Positions 19,391-29,662 of a stretch of 64,000 nucleotides of DNA are shown one piece after another. The translations under genes and the position numbers were made by a program. Source of the DNA: an uncultured Phycisphaeraceae bacterium (GTDB taxonomy: Bacteria; Planctomycetota; Phycisphaerae; UBA1845). The notes beneath the pieces were generated by a model. It made no database searches and was not told the DNA's origin. It was given only the letters and a program-made list of their open reading frames with translations. The DNA lies in assembly GCA_964405925.1 (NCBI GenBank), contig CAYOQG010000002.1:2132-66131 (forward strand), written 5' to 3'. Every line of letters begins with the position of its first letter. Position 1 is the stretch's first letter.

Positions 19391-21733
19391 GTGGTGATGG
19401 GAGCCATCCTGTCGCAAGTTTTTCCGTTTGTGCATCCTGGGCTGGCTGCCGCCGCCCTGGCGATGGGTTTGATTCCGATCCTGGTCCATCTGGTCAATCG
19501 ACGTCGCTATGTGCGGCTGCCGTGGGCAGCCATGAAGTTTCTGCTGGCAGCCCATCGTCGAAGTGCGCGGCGGGTACGACTCGAGCAATGGCTGCTGCTT
19601 CTTACGCGGGTGAGCCTGATCGTGCTGGTGGGCTTCGCCCTGGCTCGACCTTATCTACCGGGGTCTTTTATCCTGCCGTTTCCATCGGCCCGGGTCCACC
19701 GGGTGCTGCTTGTAGACAACTCGCTATCCATGAAGGCCAAGACCGAGGATGGCCAATCTCGCTTCGAGCTTGCCAGAAGTTACGCGGAGGCGTTGCTCGA
19801 GTCATTGCCCCGAACCGATGCTGTCAGCGTTGTGACACTGGCCGATCCGGCGGAAGCGGTCATCGCCCAAGCGGCTTATGACCGCCGGTTTGTCCGTGAG
19901 CGGCTTGCCGCCATCGAGGTGACCCAGCGGGCCACAGATACGGTGGGGGCAATTGGCCTGACTTTGGAAATCATCGAGGATTCGCCGCTTCCTGCTGGCA
20001 ACCAGGTCGTATATATAATCTCCGACTTCCCGGAGTACATCTGGGCGTCTGCGACACCGGTGAATCCTACACCGGCGGTGCGGATGACGCGACAGCTTGC
20101 TGACACGCTTGTGGATTCCTCCTCGGACTTGGTGCTCTTCATCGCCGCATCCGCCCGGCGGCCCATCGAAAACCTCAGCATCGCCAGCCTGACCACGGGA
20201 TCGTCACTGACGGCGGTTGGGTTTCCGGTTGAACTGATCGTTGACATCGAGAACCACAATGCAATGAGTGTCCCTGACGCTTCCCTGCAGATTCGACGAG
20301 ACGGAGAGATCATCCGACAGGAGCCGCTACCTCGCCTGCAGCCGCAGAAAGCGACGCGGGCGGTCATCACCACAGCTTTTGGCACACCCGGAACCCATCT
20401 GATCGAAGCCCGCGTCTCACCCACCGCAGGCGGGCTGGCCAGTGAGGATTGGGATGCGTTGGCGGACGACGACTTCCGCTATCTCTCCATCGACATACAC
20501 ACAACCAGCCCCATCCTGCTGGTCGACGGACGACCCGGTGGATCTGCGCCCGCGGCGGGCCAGACGGGATATCTTGCCATGGCTTTGGCACCGCAACAGC
20601 GGCAGCTGGGACCTCGCCAAGCCGGCTGGCCAGCGGTGCTGGCACCCAAGGTGATCACCGAGTCAGAGCTTGGTGGTGAGGTGCTCGCCGACTACGACGC
20701 CGTGATGCTGTGCAATGTGCAGCGGCTACCCAAGGAGATCTGGAATCGGTTGGAGCGATTCGTGGATCAGGGCGGTGGGCTCATGGTCTTCGGGGGAGAC
20801 CTAGTTAGCGCGGACAATTACAACCGCTTTGGCTACGCCGACGGAGCCGGTGTGCTGCCGGGTAGGATCGGCGACCCACGCCCAGGGGGCTTATGGTCTT
20901 CGAAACGGGACACATGGGTGCAGTTCAAAGGGGATGGACTTGAGCATCCGATCGTCGCGGAGTTTGCAGAGGTGGCCGAGAGTGGGTTGTTCTCGGCCCG
21001 GATTCAGAACTACCTCCCCCTCGAGCCGGAATCTGGCAAGGCAGACACCGTGCTGAGATATACGAACGACGATCCGGCACTAGTGGCGAGCAGCTTTGGC
21101 GCAGGACGGGTCCTGCTGTGCACGACCACGGCCAACATGGACTGGACGAACCTGCCTGCCAGGGGAGACTACGTTTCGCTCATGCTAAACGCTGTGGCTT
21201 ACCTTTCCCCCACGCGCGGCCAGCATCGAAATGTTATGGTTGGAGGGGTGTTCCGGGAGCCGTTGACGCCAATCGAGAGCTCGATGTCACTGCGAGTCAC
21301 TTCCAGCGACGGAGTGGTCTCGCAGCCATCTTTGGTTCCCTACGCTTCGGGACTTGCCCTGGAGTATGGGCCGATAGAGCGCGCGGGCGCCGCCACCGTC
21401 TCGATTGGCCCCACAGTGAGGACGTTCACGGCCAACGTGGACGTTGACGAATCCCGTCTTGCACACATGGACGCGGAGAGGCTGACCCGTCTTATTGATC
21501 GACCGCTGGAAGTGATTGACGCCCCGCCGCGGCGGGTTCCAGCAAGGGTGGTCCCCGCTCGAGGGCGATCGGCAGAGTTGTCCTCGATTCTGTTCTACTT
21601 GGTTGTCGGATTGTTGTTCGCCGAGATGACGTTGGCGATGTGGTTTGGCACACGATCAACGCAGGAGTCGCCGGCCCGCCGCCGCAGCGGGTCTCGGGCC
21701 AGCCGAACTGTTTTCGCCCGCAGGCGGGCATAG
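19391..21733 (+). CDS. BatA-type membrane protein (aerotolerance-regulator N-terminal domain)
   Basis: The N-terminus LAAAALAMGLIPILVHLVNRRRYVRLPWAAMKFL is the BatA_N-type TM motif. The protein is large with a C-terminal TM. The start is GTG 19391 or ATG 19397. Confidence 0.7.
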   Translation: MVMGAILSQVFPFVHPGLAAAALAMGLIPILVHLVNRRRYVRLPWAAMKFLLAAHRRSARRVRLEQWLLLLTRVSLIVLVGFALARPYLPGSFILPFPSARVHRVLLVDNSLSMKAKTEDGQSRFELARSYAEALLESLPRTDAVSVVTLADPAEAVIAQAAYDRRFVRERLAAIEVTQRATDTVGAIGLTLEIIEDSPLPAGNQVVYIISDFPEYIWASATPVNPTPAVRMTRQLADTLVDSSSDLVLFIAASARRPIENLSIASLTTGSSLTAVGFPVELIVDIENHNAMSVPDASLQIRRDGEIIRQEPLPRLQPQKATRAVITTAFGTPGTHLIEARVSPTAGGLASEDWDALADDDFRYLSIDIHTTSPILLVDGRPGGSAPAAGQTGYLAMALAPQQRQLGPRQAGWPAVLAPKVITESELGGEVLADYDAVMLCNVQRLPKEIWNRLERFVDQGGGLMVFGGDLVSADNYNRFGYADGAGVLPGRIGDPRPGGLWSSKRDTWVQFKGDGLEHPIVAEFAEVAESGLFSARIQNYLPLEPESGKADTVLRYTNDDPALVASSFGAGRVLLCTTTANMDWTNLPARGDYVSLMLNAVAYLSPTRGQHRNVMVGGVFREPLTPIESSMSLRVTSSDGVVSQPSLVPYASGLALEYGPIERAGAATVSIGPTVRTFTANVDVDESRLAHMDAERLTRLIDRPLEVIDAPPRRVPARVVPARGRSAELSSILFYLVVGLLFAEMTLAMWFGTRSTQESPARRRSGSRASRTVFARRRA

Positions 21734-21740
21734 GCTAAGC

Positions 21741-24221
21741 ATGACAGGGCTTATAGAGTGGCTTCTTGACCTGCAGAACATACGACTAGGTCGGGATGCG
21801 CCTCTGATTCTTAGGTGGAGTGACGCCGTCGAGGCATGGAAGCTCCTCGCCATCGGGCTTGCGGCGGTGACGCTGGTGACCCTTGTGTATCGACGCGAGC
21901 GAGTCTCGCCTGCACGCAAGACGGTGCTCGCCGCGCTGCGCTGCGGCCTCATCGCCCTGGTCGTCGCCGTATTGTGTCAGCCGTCACTGGTCCTGCAACA
22001 AGACCGCATCGAGCCTTCACATGTCGCCCTGCTGTTGGACACTTCGTTGAGCATGCGGACGAACGAATCGTATCGCGATGAGACGCTCGCCGAGGCGGTG
22101 GCACGTGGTGCGGGCCTTGAGGATGTCGGCGAGCTGGGGAATTACTCCCGGCTCGGGCTTGTCCAGCGGGCCCTTACGCGGGATGGCGGCGCCCCCCTTC
22201 GACAACTGCTCACGCGCAACGGCGTTCAGCTTTACACCTTCGGCAGCCATGTCGAGACTCAGGGATTCGCGGCTGATCCAGATGGAACAGAAGAGCTGGC
22301 CGCCGCCGTGCAGAGCGTCGAAGCGTGGGAGCCCGGCACAGACCTAGCCAACGCGATTCACCACGTCATCGAGAAGGCCCAGGGACGGCGGCTGGCTGCT
22401 GTTGTCTTGGCTTCCGATGGGCAAGCGACCTCCCCCACGGACCTAAAGGACACCCTGGACCAAGCACGGGATCGGCAACTACCGGTTTTGCCCATTCGGA
22501 TCGGCTCGACGGCGAAGCTGCGTGACAGCGAAATCGTGTCAGTTCGGGCAGAGGAGAGCGTCTTTGTGGACGACATTGTGGCCGTCGAGGCTCAGGTCGC
22601 GGCGCGCGGATTGGCGGAACCGACTCCCCTCGAGATTCGGCTGGTCGACAACCGAGATGACACTGTCCTGGCGTCTGAGTCGTTGCTGTTTGATCCACCT
22701 TCGGATTTGGCCACGGTCGAGCTGCGGATAAAACCAGAGAAGACCGGCCCGGCCAGCTACCGTGTCGAAGTATCCCCCCTACCGGATGAGCTCACGGCCG
22801 AGAATAACGCCCAGCGGGTCGACATCCGGATCCTCGACAACCGTTTGCGTGTGCTCTATGTTGAGGGTTACCCGCGCTATGAATACCGCTACCTCAAGAA
22901 CGCTTTGTTGCGCGAGAAAACCGTGGAGCTCAGCGTATTGCTGCTCGAGGCGGACGAGGTGTTTGTCCAGGAAGGCAGCGACCCGATCCGCCGCTTCCCG
23001 GAGACGCCTCAGGAACTCAACCAATACGACGTGGTGCTTTTCGGCGACGTCGACGTTCGTGCCGGATGGTTGACACAAGCTCAGATGGACATGCTGTTGG
23101 ATTTCGTGGGCAACGAAGGTGGTGGGTTTGGCATGATTGCCGGGGAACGCTTCGCCCCGCATCGTGTTCTCGGGACGGTGCTGGAGAAGCTGATTCCGGT
23201 CCGGATCGATCCTTCCTTTCTCGGGCGTTACGATCGAGCGCTTTTATCTGGATTCCACCCACGTCTTACGCCCGAGGGCCGACAAAGCCGGGTCTTTCGT
23301 TTCGAAGCCGACCGCGATGAGAGTCAGCGGGTCTTCGAGGCGTTGCCTGAGCTGTTTTGGATTGCCCGTACCCTCGGTGAGAAACCCGGGGCGTCGGTTC
23401 TGGCCGAGCACCCGACACTGCGAACCACATCGGGCCCCATGCCGCTTGTTGTCACGAGTCGATACGGGGGGGGCAGAGTTTTCTTTCAAGCGACGGACGA
23501 CACGTGGCGCTGGAGACGTCACACCGGTGAGCTATTGCACGATACGTATTGGGTGCAGGTCGTCCGGGAGCTGATGCGGAGCTCGCGGGTGTCACTGGAT
23601 CGTCGCTTTGAGATTAGAACAGATCGGCGTCTTTACCCCTACGGGTCACCCGTTCGGGTCCAGGTCGAGGTCTATGACTCGCATGTTCTTTCGCAGCTTG
23701 GCAATAACATTCAGCTTAATGTCCGGGGATTAGATGTCGCACCCACGGATCTTAACAGGACAGCTCATGACCCGACGTTGCCGAGGGGCGCGCAAACGAG
23801 CGTGAGTGATCTTGTGGGACGGTTTCCGGTGCTGCGTCTGGCGGCTGAATCGAGCCTGTTTGAAGGGACATGGATACCTCCTTCACCGGGCCGTTTCGCC
23901 ATCGAGGTCGCGGATCTGCCCGCCGCGGCGCGCCCGGGTGAGGCTCCGCCGTCCGCGCAGGTTCGTGTGGAAATACCCAACCTTGAGGCCCAGGCACCGG
24001 AGGCGGATCACGACGTGTTGGAGCGCATTGCTCGTGCCACAGGCGGGCAGGTGATTGAGTTGGACGCCCTCCAAGAGGCGTTTGGCATGGTTCGAGACCG
24101 GAGCGTGCGTGTTCCGGACGACATTGTCGAGCCATTGTGGGATTCCAGGTTGGTTTTGATGCTCTTCACAGCAATGATATCACTGGAATGGTTGCTTCGA
24201 AAGCTATTTGGCTTGGTTTGA
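21741..24221 (+). CDS. Membrane-anchored VWA-domain protein (BatB-like)
   Basis: HVALLLDTSLSMRT is a VWA MIDAS-like DxSxS motif. The protein has N-terminal and C-terminal TM segments. The start is set at MTGLIEWLL (21741). Confidence 0.7.
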   Translation: MTGLIEWLLDLQNIRLGRDAPLILRWSDAVEAWKLLAIGLAAVTLVTLVYRRERVSPARKTVLAALRCGLIALVVAVLCQPSLVLQQDRIEPSHVALLLDTSLSMRTNESYRDETLAEAVARGAGLEDVGELGNYSRLGLVQRALTRDGGAPLRQLLTRNGVQLYTFGSHVETQGFAADPDGTEELAAAVQSVEAWEPGTDLANAIHHVIEKAQGRRLAAVVLASDGQATSPTDLKDTLDQARDRQLPVLPIRIGSTAKLRDSEIVSVRAEESVFVDDIVAVEAQVAARGLAEPTPLEIRLVDNRDDTVLASESLLFDPPSDLATVELRIKPEKTGPASYRVEVSPLPDELTAENNAQRVDIRILDNRLRVLYVEGYPRYEYRYLKNALLREKTVELSVLLLEADEVFVQEGSDPIRRFPETPQELNQYDVVLFGDVDVRAGWLTQAQMDMLLDFVGNEGGGFGMIAGERFAPHRVLGTVLEKLIPVRIDPSFLGRYDRALLSGFHPRLTPEGRQSRVFRFEADRDESQRVFEALPELFWIARTLGEKPGASVLAEHPTLRTTSGPMPLVVTSRYGGGRVFFQATDDTWRWRRHTGELLHDTYWVQVVRELMRSSRVSLDRRFEIRTDRRLYPYGSPVRVQVEVYDSHVLSQLGNNIQLNVRGLDVAPTDLNRTAHDPTLPRGAQTSVSDLVGRFPVLRLAAESSLFEGTWIPPSPGRFAIEVADLPAAARPGEAPPSAQVRVEIPNLEAQAPEADHDVLERIARATGGQVIELDALQEAFGMVRDRSVRVPDDIVEPLWDSRLVLMLFTAMISLEWLLRKLFGLV

Positions 24222-27200
24222 CACCCCTGTCGGAAGCATGGAGCAGTACCAGCTAGTTCGACGTCTTACCGTGCTACGGGCGAGCGTGCAGCGCCGGCTG
24301 GTTGTGTACGGCGTCTGCGTTGTGCTGACAGGTTGTGTCACTGGGTTCTTGCTGCTCGTGCTGCTGGATTGGCTGCTCCACCTTCCGTCGCTGTTGCGAA
24401 GCGCGTTGGCATTGGCCTTTTTGGCTGGATGGGTGACCGCTTCGGTGCACTGGGTCTTTCGCCCATTGCATGCCCGACTCGGGATTGCACAGATTGCCTC
24501 TCAGTTGGAGAGGCATTTCAAGCCGCTGCAGGATCGGCTGACCAGCAGCGTGGACTTCCTTGAGCACGGCAACGCGGGCTCGACCAGCATGATGCAGCAG
24601 GTGGTCGACGGGACCGAACAGATCATCCGCAACGTCGCCCTGGAGTCGGCGCTGACGTTTGGGCCGCTGGTAAGGCGTGGTCTTCTCCTCTTGGCTGCCA
24701 GTTGCGCGTTGGCTACCCTTCTGTGGGCCGCACCCAGCTGGGCACGAACGGGACTATTTCGGTATGTCCACCCCTGGGGGGGCATCGAGTGGCCGCGACG
24801 CGTTGCCATACTTCCCTTGACTGGGAATCAGATCGTTGCCGTAGGTGACTCACTCACGACCCGCATGCGCGTGCAGCGCGGTCTGAACGCCAGATTGCGG
24901 GCGATCGTACGACTTCGTGAACGTGACGGCGCAACATACACACTGGCCATGCAGCGCGAAACGGACGACACATTCTATGCCGGCATCGACACCGTCGCGG
25001 AGGATCTGACCTACTGGTTCGAAGCGGGTGACGACACGACAGCACGAAATCCCTACACGATTCGTGTGGTGCGGCGGCCGGAGGTGGTCGAGGCCTTGGC
25101 CCTGATCGAACCGCCCGCCTACGCGATGGACCCGTCACCTCGCATGCACGACTTGTTCGACGGGGCGGTCCGCGCTCCGATTGGCGGGCACGTACGCGTG
25201 AGGCTGCGAACGAACAAACCGGTTGCATCCGATCCTTCTCGCCGCGGCGGTCGGCTTGTGGGCTTGCGCACCGAAGCCGGTGAGCTGATTCCCCTCGACG
25301 TTGATCCAAGCGACCAACACGGGCAAGCCGGGCCACCGGTGCTCACCACACGATTTCGTGTGGATCGCGACATGCAATTCCGGGTGGAGCTTGTGGATGA
25401 GCACGGTTTCGAGAATCGCGGCGCTGCGACGCATTCCATCATCGCCGTCCCGGATGCAGCTCCAACAGTCACGATCGTTGAGCCCAAGGGCCCCGTAGAC
25501 TTGACACCACAGGGATCCGTCCCGCTGGTCATTCGTGTCCAGGATGATTTCGGTGTCGAGCAGCTGGTGCTTGAGTTCGAGCAACCTGGTGGCAAGCCGC
25601 ACACGATGCCCCTGACGGACGACCTCGAAGTTGCGGAGGATGGGGAGACTGTCGAGGGCACCGCCCGTTATCTTTGGAATGTCGCTACGATGGCACTTTC
25701 TCCGGGTGACGTGCTGGTGTATTGGGCCGCGGCCACCGACAACCGCGTCACCGACCATGAGACCGGCCAAACCGCGCACTCCGCCCCCATGCAGATCAAG
25801 ATCATCAGCGACGTGGAATTCAGCATCCGGCTTCGAAGTGATATCGCGCTAATCGAAGCCCGAATTCGCCAGGTGGCGCTCGATCAGGCGAGCTTGCTTG
25901 ATCGCACGGCGGCACTGAGACAAAGCCCGGAAAAGCATGACCCTCTTGACCCTGCCCAACGGGAGACGGCGGGTGACCTCGCTGGTCGACAGGCCCGTCT
26001 TGTGACGCGGGTACGTGACCTCATCCGCGGCGGATTTGACAAGCTCCTTGAGCAGCTCGAGCATAATCGTACGGCTGACCAAGAGGTTCGCACCCACATC
26101 GTTCGTCTTAGCGAGGTGCTTCGACAGACAGCAGACGGACCCATGACTATTGCAAGCGTCGAGCTCGACGAGGCCCGCGAGCGCACCCGGCCGGACGAAC
26201 AGCAGGCCGGGCTGATCGAGGCCACGCGGCAGCAGCAAGTTGTCATCGATCGCCTGCGCGGCGTTCTAAGATTGATGTCGCAATGGGGGAGCTTCCACGA
26301 ACTCGTGACCAGAGCCCGGAGCTTGCTCGATCGGCAAGCGGACCTGAAATCGCAGACGGCTGATCTCGGAAAACAGACCCTGGGCAAACCTGTCGACGCG
26401 TTGACCGAGACGGAAGCGAGCACGTTGCGACAGAATGCCCGACAGCAGGATCAGCTCGCCGATGAGGTGGAACAGCTCGTCGAGAAAATGATGCGGCTTA
26501 TGGAGAAGGCGGAGCAGGAAGAGCCGTCCGATACAGATTCCGTTGACGCGGCACTCCGGGCGTCTCGGGCCCACAACGTGGCCAAACATGCACGGGCTGC
26601 GTCCGAGGCGATTTCGAGCAATCGGACCGCGGCAGCCACCGTCGAGCAGAAGGCCACTGCCACAGCTCTACGAAAGATGATCGCAGCCCTGCGCGAGCGT
26701 GAGAGCCGACAGCTTGAACAACTGCAAAAGCGGCTGGGACAAATAGAGCAACTCATTGCTGCGATGATCGAGGATCAGGAGGCGCTGCGAAACGCAACCC
26801 ATGAGGCGACCTTCATCGAAGCGGACGACGCCGGATATGCGGTGCTTGAAGAGGAGCAGCGAACACTGCGCCGAAACACCGAGCTGTTGGGCGATGACTT
26901 GGCTTCCGCACCCGCCGCGGCGGGCACACAGCGCGTGAGTCAGTTGGTCCGTCAAGCAGCGCTGCCGATGGAAACGGCTGAGACCGAATTGCGGAAGCGT
27001 CAACCCGCCCTGGCGACTGTCGCCCAGGACGAGGCCCTGACCACGCTCAACGACGCTCTGACGCTGGTGAGGGAGCTCGCCCAAGAGACGGCGCAGGAAG
27101 CCCTGAGACGTTCGCTCGCTCAGATCCGTGAAGACCTCGAAGAGATCCTCGCCTTGCAGACCGAAGTGAACGCAGGTATCGATAGCCTCGTGAAGGGCAT

Positions 27201-27759
27201 CTCCCACGGAGGGCGTATCAGCCGTGTGGAGACGCGGGCGGCGTCCAAGTTGGCCCACATGCAGTCGGATACACGCTCCATGGTCGATGCCCAGCTCCCA
27301 GACTATGAGAGGGTCCCAGTATACAAATGGGCTCTCGAACGGGTGGCCAAGTGGATGGAAATCAGCCGGACCCGCCTCAGCTCGCCTGGAGCACGCCAGA
27401 TCGATGAGGATCTCCTCGTTGTTGTCAACCGCATCGCTGTCGAGCTGAGAAGGCTCATTCGTGCCATCCAAGAGACAGAATCGCTTCCCCTCGATATGGA
27501 GTTTGTTGAAACGGACACCGGTGGTGGACAGGGCCAAGGTGAGCTGGTAACCGATCGGCCAGTGCCCACCGTGGCAGAGCTTCTCGTGCTCAAAGCCCTG
27601 CAAACCGACATCAACGACCGTACGCAAGAGCTGCAGCAGTCATTCGATATCGACGAGGCCACAGAGCAGCAGTTGCGCGAGCTGAGGGTCCTTGGCGAGG
27701 ATCAGGCCGAATTGCGCCGGCTGGCGGAGAGGGTCACAGAGCAGGCCCAGCATCCGTAG
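24208..27759 (+). CDS. Large membrane-anchored coiled-coil protein of the Bat-type operon (DUF4175-like guess)
   Basis: The N-terminal TM pair is followed by ~600 aa of Q/E/R/L-rich coiled coil. The start is TTG 24208 or ATG 24239. The family name is a guess from operon context. Confidence 0.6.
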   Translation: MAWFDTPVGSMEQYQLVRRLTVLRASVQRRLVVYGVCVVLTGCVTGFLLLVLLDWLLHLPSLLRSALALAFLAGWVTASVHWVFRPLHARLGIAQIASQLERHFKPLQDRLTSSVDFLEHGNAGSTSMMQQVVDGTEQIIRNVALESALTFGPLVRRGLLLLAASCALATLLWAAPSWARTGLFRYVHPWGGIEWPRRVAILPLTGNQIVAVGDSLTTRMRVQRGLNARLRAIVRLRERDGATYTLAMQRETDDTFYAGIDTVAEDLTYWFEAGDDTTARNPYTIRVVRRPEVVEALALIEPPAYAMDPSPRMHDLFDGAVRAPIGGHVRVRLRTNKPVASDPSRRGGRLVGLRTEAGELIPLDVDPSDQHGQAGPPVLTTRFRVDRDMQFRVELVDEHGFENRGAATHSIIAVPDAAPTVTIVEPKGPVDLTPQGSVPLVIRVQDDFGVEQLVLEFEQPGGKPHTMPLTDDLEVAEDGETVEGTARYLWNVATMALSPGDVLVYWAAATDNRVTDHETGQTAHSAPMQIKIISDVEFSIRLRSDIALIEARIRQVALDQASLLDRTAALRQSPEKHDPLDPAQRETAGDLAGRQARLVTRVRDLIRGGFDKLLEQLEHNRTADQEVRTHIVRLSEVLRQTADGPMTIASVELDEARERTRPDEQQAGLIEATRQQQVVIDRLRGVLRLMSQWGSFHELVTRARSLLDRQADLKSQTADLGKQTLGKPVDALTETEASTLRQNARQQDQLADEVEQLVEKMMRLMEKAEQEEPSDTDSVDAALRASRAHNVAKHARAASEAISSNRTAAATVEQKATATALRKMIAALRERESRQLEQLQKRLGQIEQLIAAMIEDQEALRNATHEATFIEADDAGYAVLEEEQRTLRRNTELLGDDLASAPAAAGTQRVSQLVRQAALPMETAETELRKRQPALATVAQDEALTTLNDALTLVRELAQETAQEALRRSLAQIREDLEEILALQTEVNAGIDSLVKGISHGGRISRVETRAASKLAHMQSDTRSMVDAQLPDYERVPVYKWALERVAKWMEISRTRLSSPGARQIDEDLLVVVNRIAVELRRLIRAIQETESLPLDMEFVETDTGGGQGQGELVTDRPVPTVAELLVLKALQTDINDRTQELQQSFDIDEATEQQLRELRVLGEDQAELRRLAERVTEQAQHP

Positions 27760-27784
27760 TCGAGCATAGAACGGCGGTATAAGT

Positions 27785-28603
27785 ATGGTAAAGCTAGGCA
27801 AATCCAGAAGAAGCGACGTATTATTGACACTAAACCGCACGCCGAAACCGTGTCCTGGCCCCCGCGTGCGGCGAGTCGAGCGACGTACGGGAATCACGCC
27901 CAGGCCCGCTGCTCGTCACTGGTGCGACCGGTGGACCGCCTGTAACCCTTGCACAGCTGTAAGCAGGTTCCTCGAGACGGTCGTATTGGTCCTTGCGGTC
28001 ATGTTTCCTCTTGCAGTCGCGTGGGGGCAGGATGGTCCAGAGCCGAAGAGTCGGCGTGATGTTGACCTGCCACGGGAGGCCGACAAGAAGGTTGGTGAAC
28101 GCCTCATTCGCAAAGCCACTGGGGAAACCGACGACGATCTGATGGCCGAAATTCTGCGCATGATGGGCGAGTCGAGTCACAAACTCGAGATCGATTTCAA
28201 CCCAGGCGACGATACCCAGGCGTTGCAGGCTCGCATCGTCGAAGAATTGGATGAGGTCATCAAGGTGGCGGCATCGCGTCGACGCCCTCGCTTGCGTTCC
28301 CTGTCTGCGGATAGTTCCGACAAGCGTCGGAGACCCGGCGGGAAGCCGGACGCGTCCGAGAAACCGACAGATTCGGGCCAAGCCGGCGAAGAATCCACGG
28401 CTGGTACGACCACGGAGGGAAACACACCGACGACAGATACCGACCGCATGCAGGGCGATCTGCGAGAGTTGCGGAGGACCTGGGGTCATCTGCCTGCGCG
28501 CGAACGTGAGGAGGTAATTCAAGGTGTCGGCGAGACTTACCTTCAGCGCTATCGCGATTGGATCGAGCGCTATTACCGAGCGTTACAGGAATCTGAGGAA
28601 TAG
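27785..28603 (+). CDS. Hypothetical secreted/charged protein
   Basis: A signal-like segment (VVLVLAVMFPLAVAWGQ) is followed by a charged region that ends YLQRYRDWIERYYRALQ. The real start is probably internal, near 27960. Confidence 0.5.
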   Translation: MVKLGKSRRSDVLLTLNRTPKPCPGPRVRRVERRTGITPRPAARHWCDRWTACNPCTAVSRFLETVVLVLAVMFPLAVAWGQDGPEPKSRRDVDLPREADKKVGERLIRKATGETDDDLMAEILRMMGESSHKLEIDFNPGDDTQALQARIVEELDEVIKVAASRRRPRLRSLSADSSDKRRRPGGKPDASEKPTDSGQAGEESTAGTTTEGNTPTTDTDRMQGDLRELRRTWGHLPAREREEVIQGVGETYLQRYRDWIERYYRALQESEE

Positions 28604-28622
28604 GCGAAGTGTGGTGTCAGCC

Positions 28623-29660
28623 ATGGGGCAGTTCGTTAGAGTTCAGATTGTGATCCTCTCCGGGGCGTTACTTACCCTTTGGGGGACGGACTCCTCAGCT
28701 GCCCCGCCGCGACGGACTGCGACCGCACTGACGTCCGAAGTCACCCCTGAGCATCGCGCGGCTGTGGAGAGGGGTCTTGTTTGGCTGGCCGGACAGCAAG
28801 CCTCGGACGGCTCGTATGGAGGGCTGTCTCACTATGGACCCCATGTCGGCATCACCGGGCTCGCCGCCCTGGCGTTCATCTCCGACGGCAACACGCCTGG
28901 ACGCGGTCGATATGGAGAAACAGTCGAGAGAGCACTCGGCTTTGTCCTGGCCCACAGTTCGGAGAGTGGTCTTCTGGCAGCGGAAACGTCCCACGGTCCC
29001 ATGTATGGACACGGTTTTGCCACATTGTTTTTGGCCGAAGTGTACGGGATGACACCGCGGTCAGACGTCCGCGAGACATTGCGCAAAGCGGTTCGTTTGA
29101 TCGCCAGCACGCAGAACGACGAGGGGGGATGGCGCTATCAGCCGGTTCGCCACGACGCGGATCTTTCGGTCACGATATGTCAGATTATGGCACTGCGGGC
29201 AGCTCGAAACGCTGGAATTTATGTGGACCGGCGGATCATCGACCAGGCCATCGAGTACGTGAAGGCAAGCCAGAACTCCGACGGTGGATTCCGCTACATG
29301 CTGAACTCCGGCGGATCCGCGTTTGCCCGATCCGCCGCGGGGGTGGCTGCCCTACAATATGCCGGGGTCTATGGAGGAGAAGAGATCGGGCGAGGCCTAG
29401 AATATATCAGGCGGTTTACACCGCCACAGGAACAGACGGTTGGCCACTACTTCTACGGCCACTACTACGCCGCACAAGCTATGTTCCTCGCGGGCGACGA
29501 GTACTGGAATGTGTGGTGGCCAGCCATTCGAGCGGAACTCGTGCAAAAACAGGGTCCGGAAGGTTTCTGGCGAGGACAGGCCGGGCAGGAATATGGAACA
29601 GCCATGGCGTTGATCATCCTGCAGATGCCGAACCGATTGCTGCCCATTTTCCAGAAATAG
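28623..29660 (+). CDS. Prenyltransferase/squalene-oxidase-repeat (terpenoid cyclase-like) protein
   Basis: Repeated QxxDGGW-type motifs are present: QASDGSYGG, QNDEGGWRYQ, QNSDGGFRYM and QGPEGFWRG. The start is at MGQFVRVQ (28623). Confidence 0.75.
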   Translation: MGQFVRVQIVILSGALLTLWGTDSSAAPPRRTATALTSEVTPEHRAAVERGLVWLAGQQASDGSYGGLSHYGPHVGITGLAALAFISDGNTPGRGRYGETVERALGFVLAHSSESGLLAAETSHGPMYGHGFATLFLAEVYGMTPRSDVRETLRKAVRLIASTQNDEGGWRYQPVRHDADLSVTICQIMALRAARNAGIYVDRRIIDQAIEYVKASQNSDGGFRYMLNSGGSAFARSAAGVAALQYAGVYGGEEIGRGLEYIRRFTPPQEQTVGHYFYGHYYAAQAMFLAGDEYWNVWWPAIRAELVQKQGPEGFWRGQAGQEYGTAMALIILQMPNRLLPIFQK

Positions 29661-29662
29661 TC

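Noticed and set aside
28781-29662. The first 294 codons of tracked ORF 28781..30934
   Set aside because: They are out of frame and overlap the prenyltransferase-repeat gene. The sequence is Arg-rich. The NPCBM-like protein has its own ATG and signal-like start at 29663.
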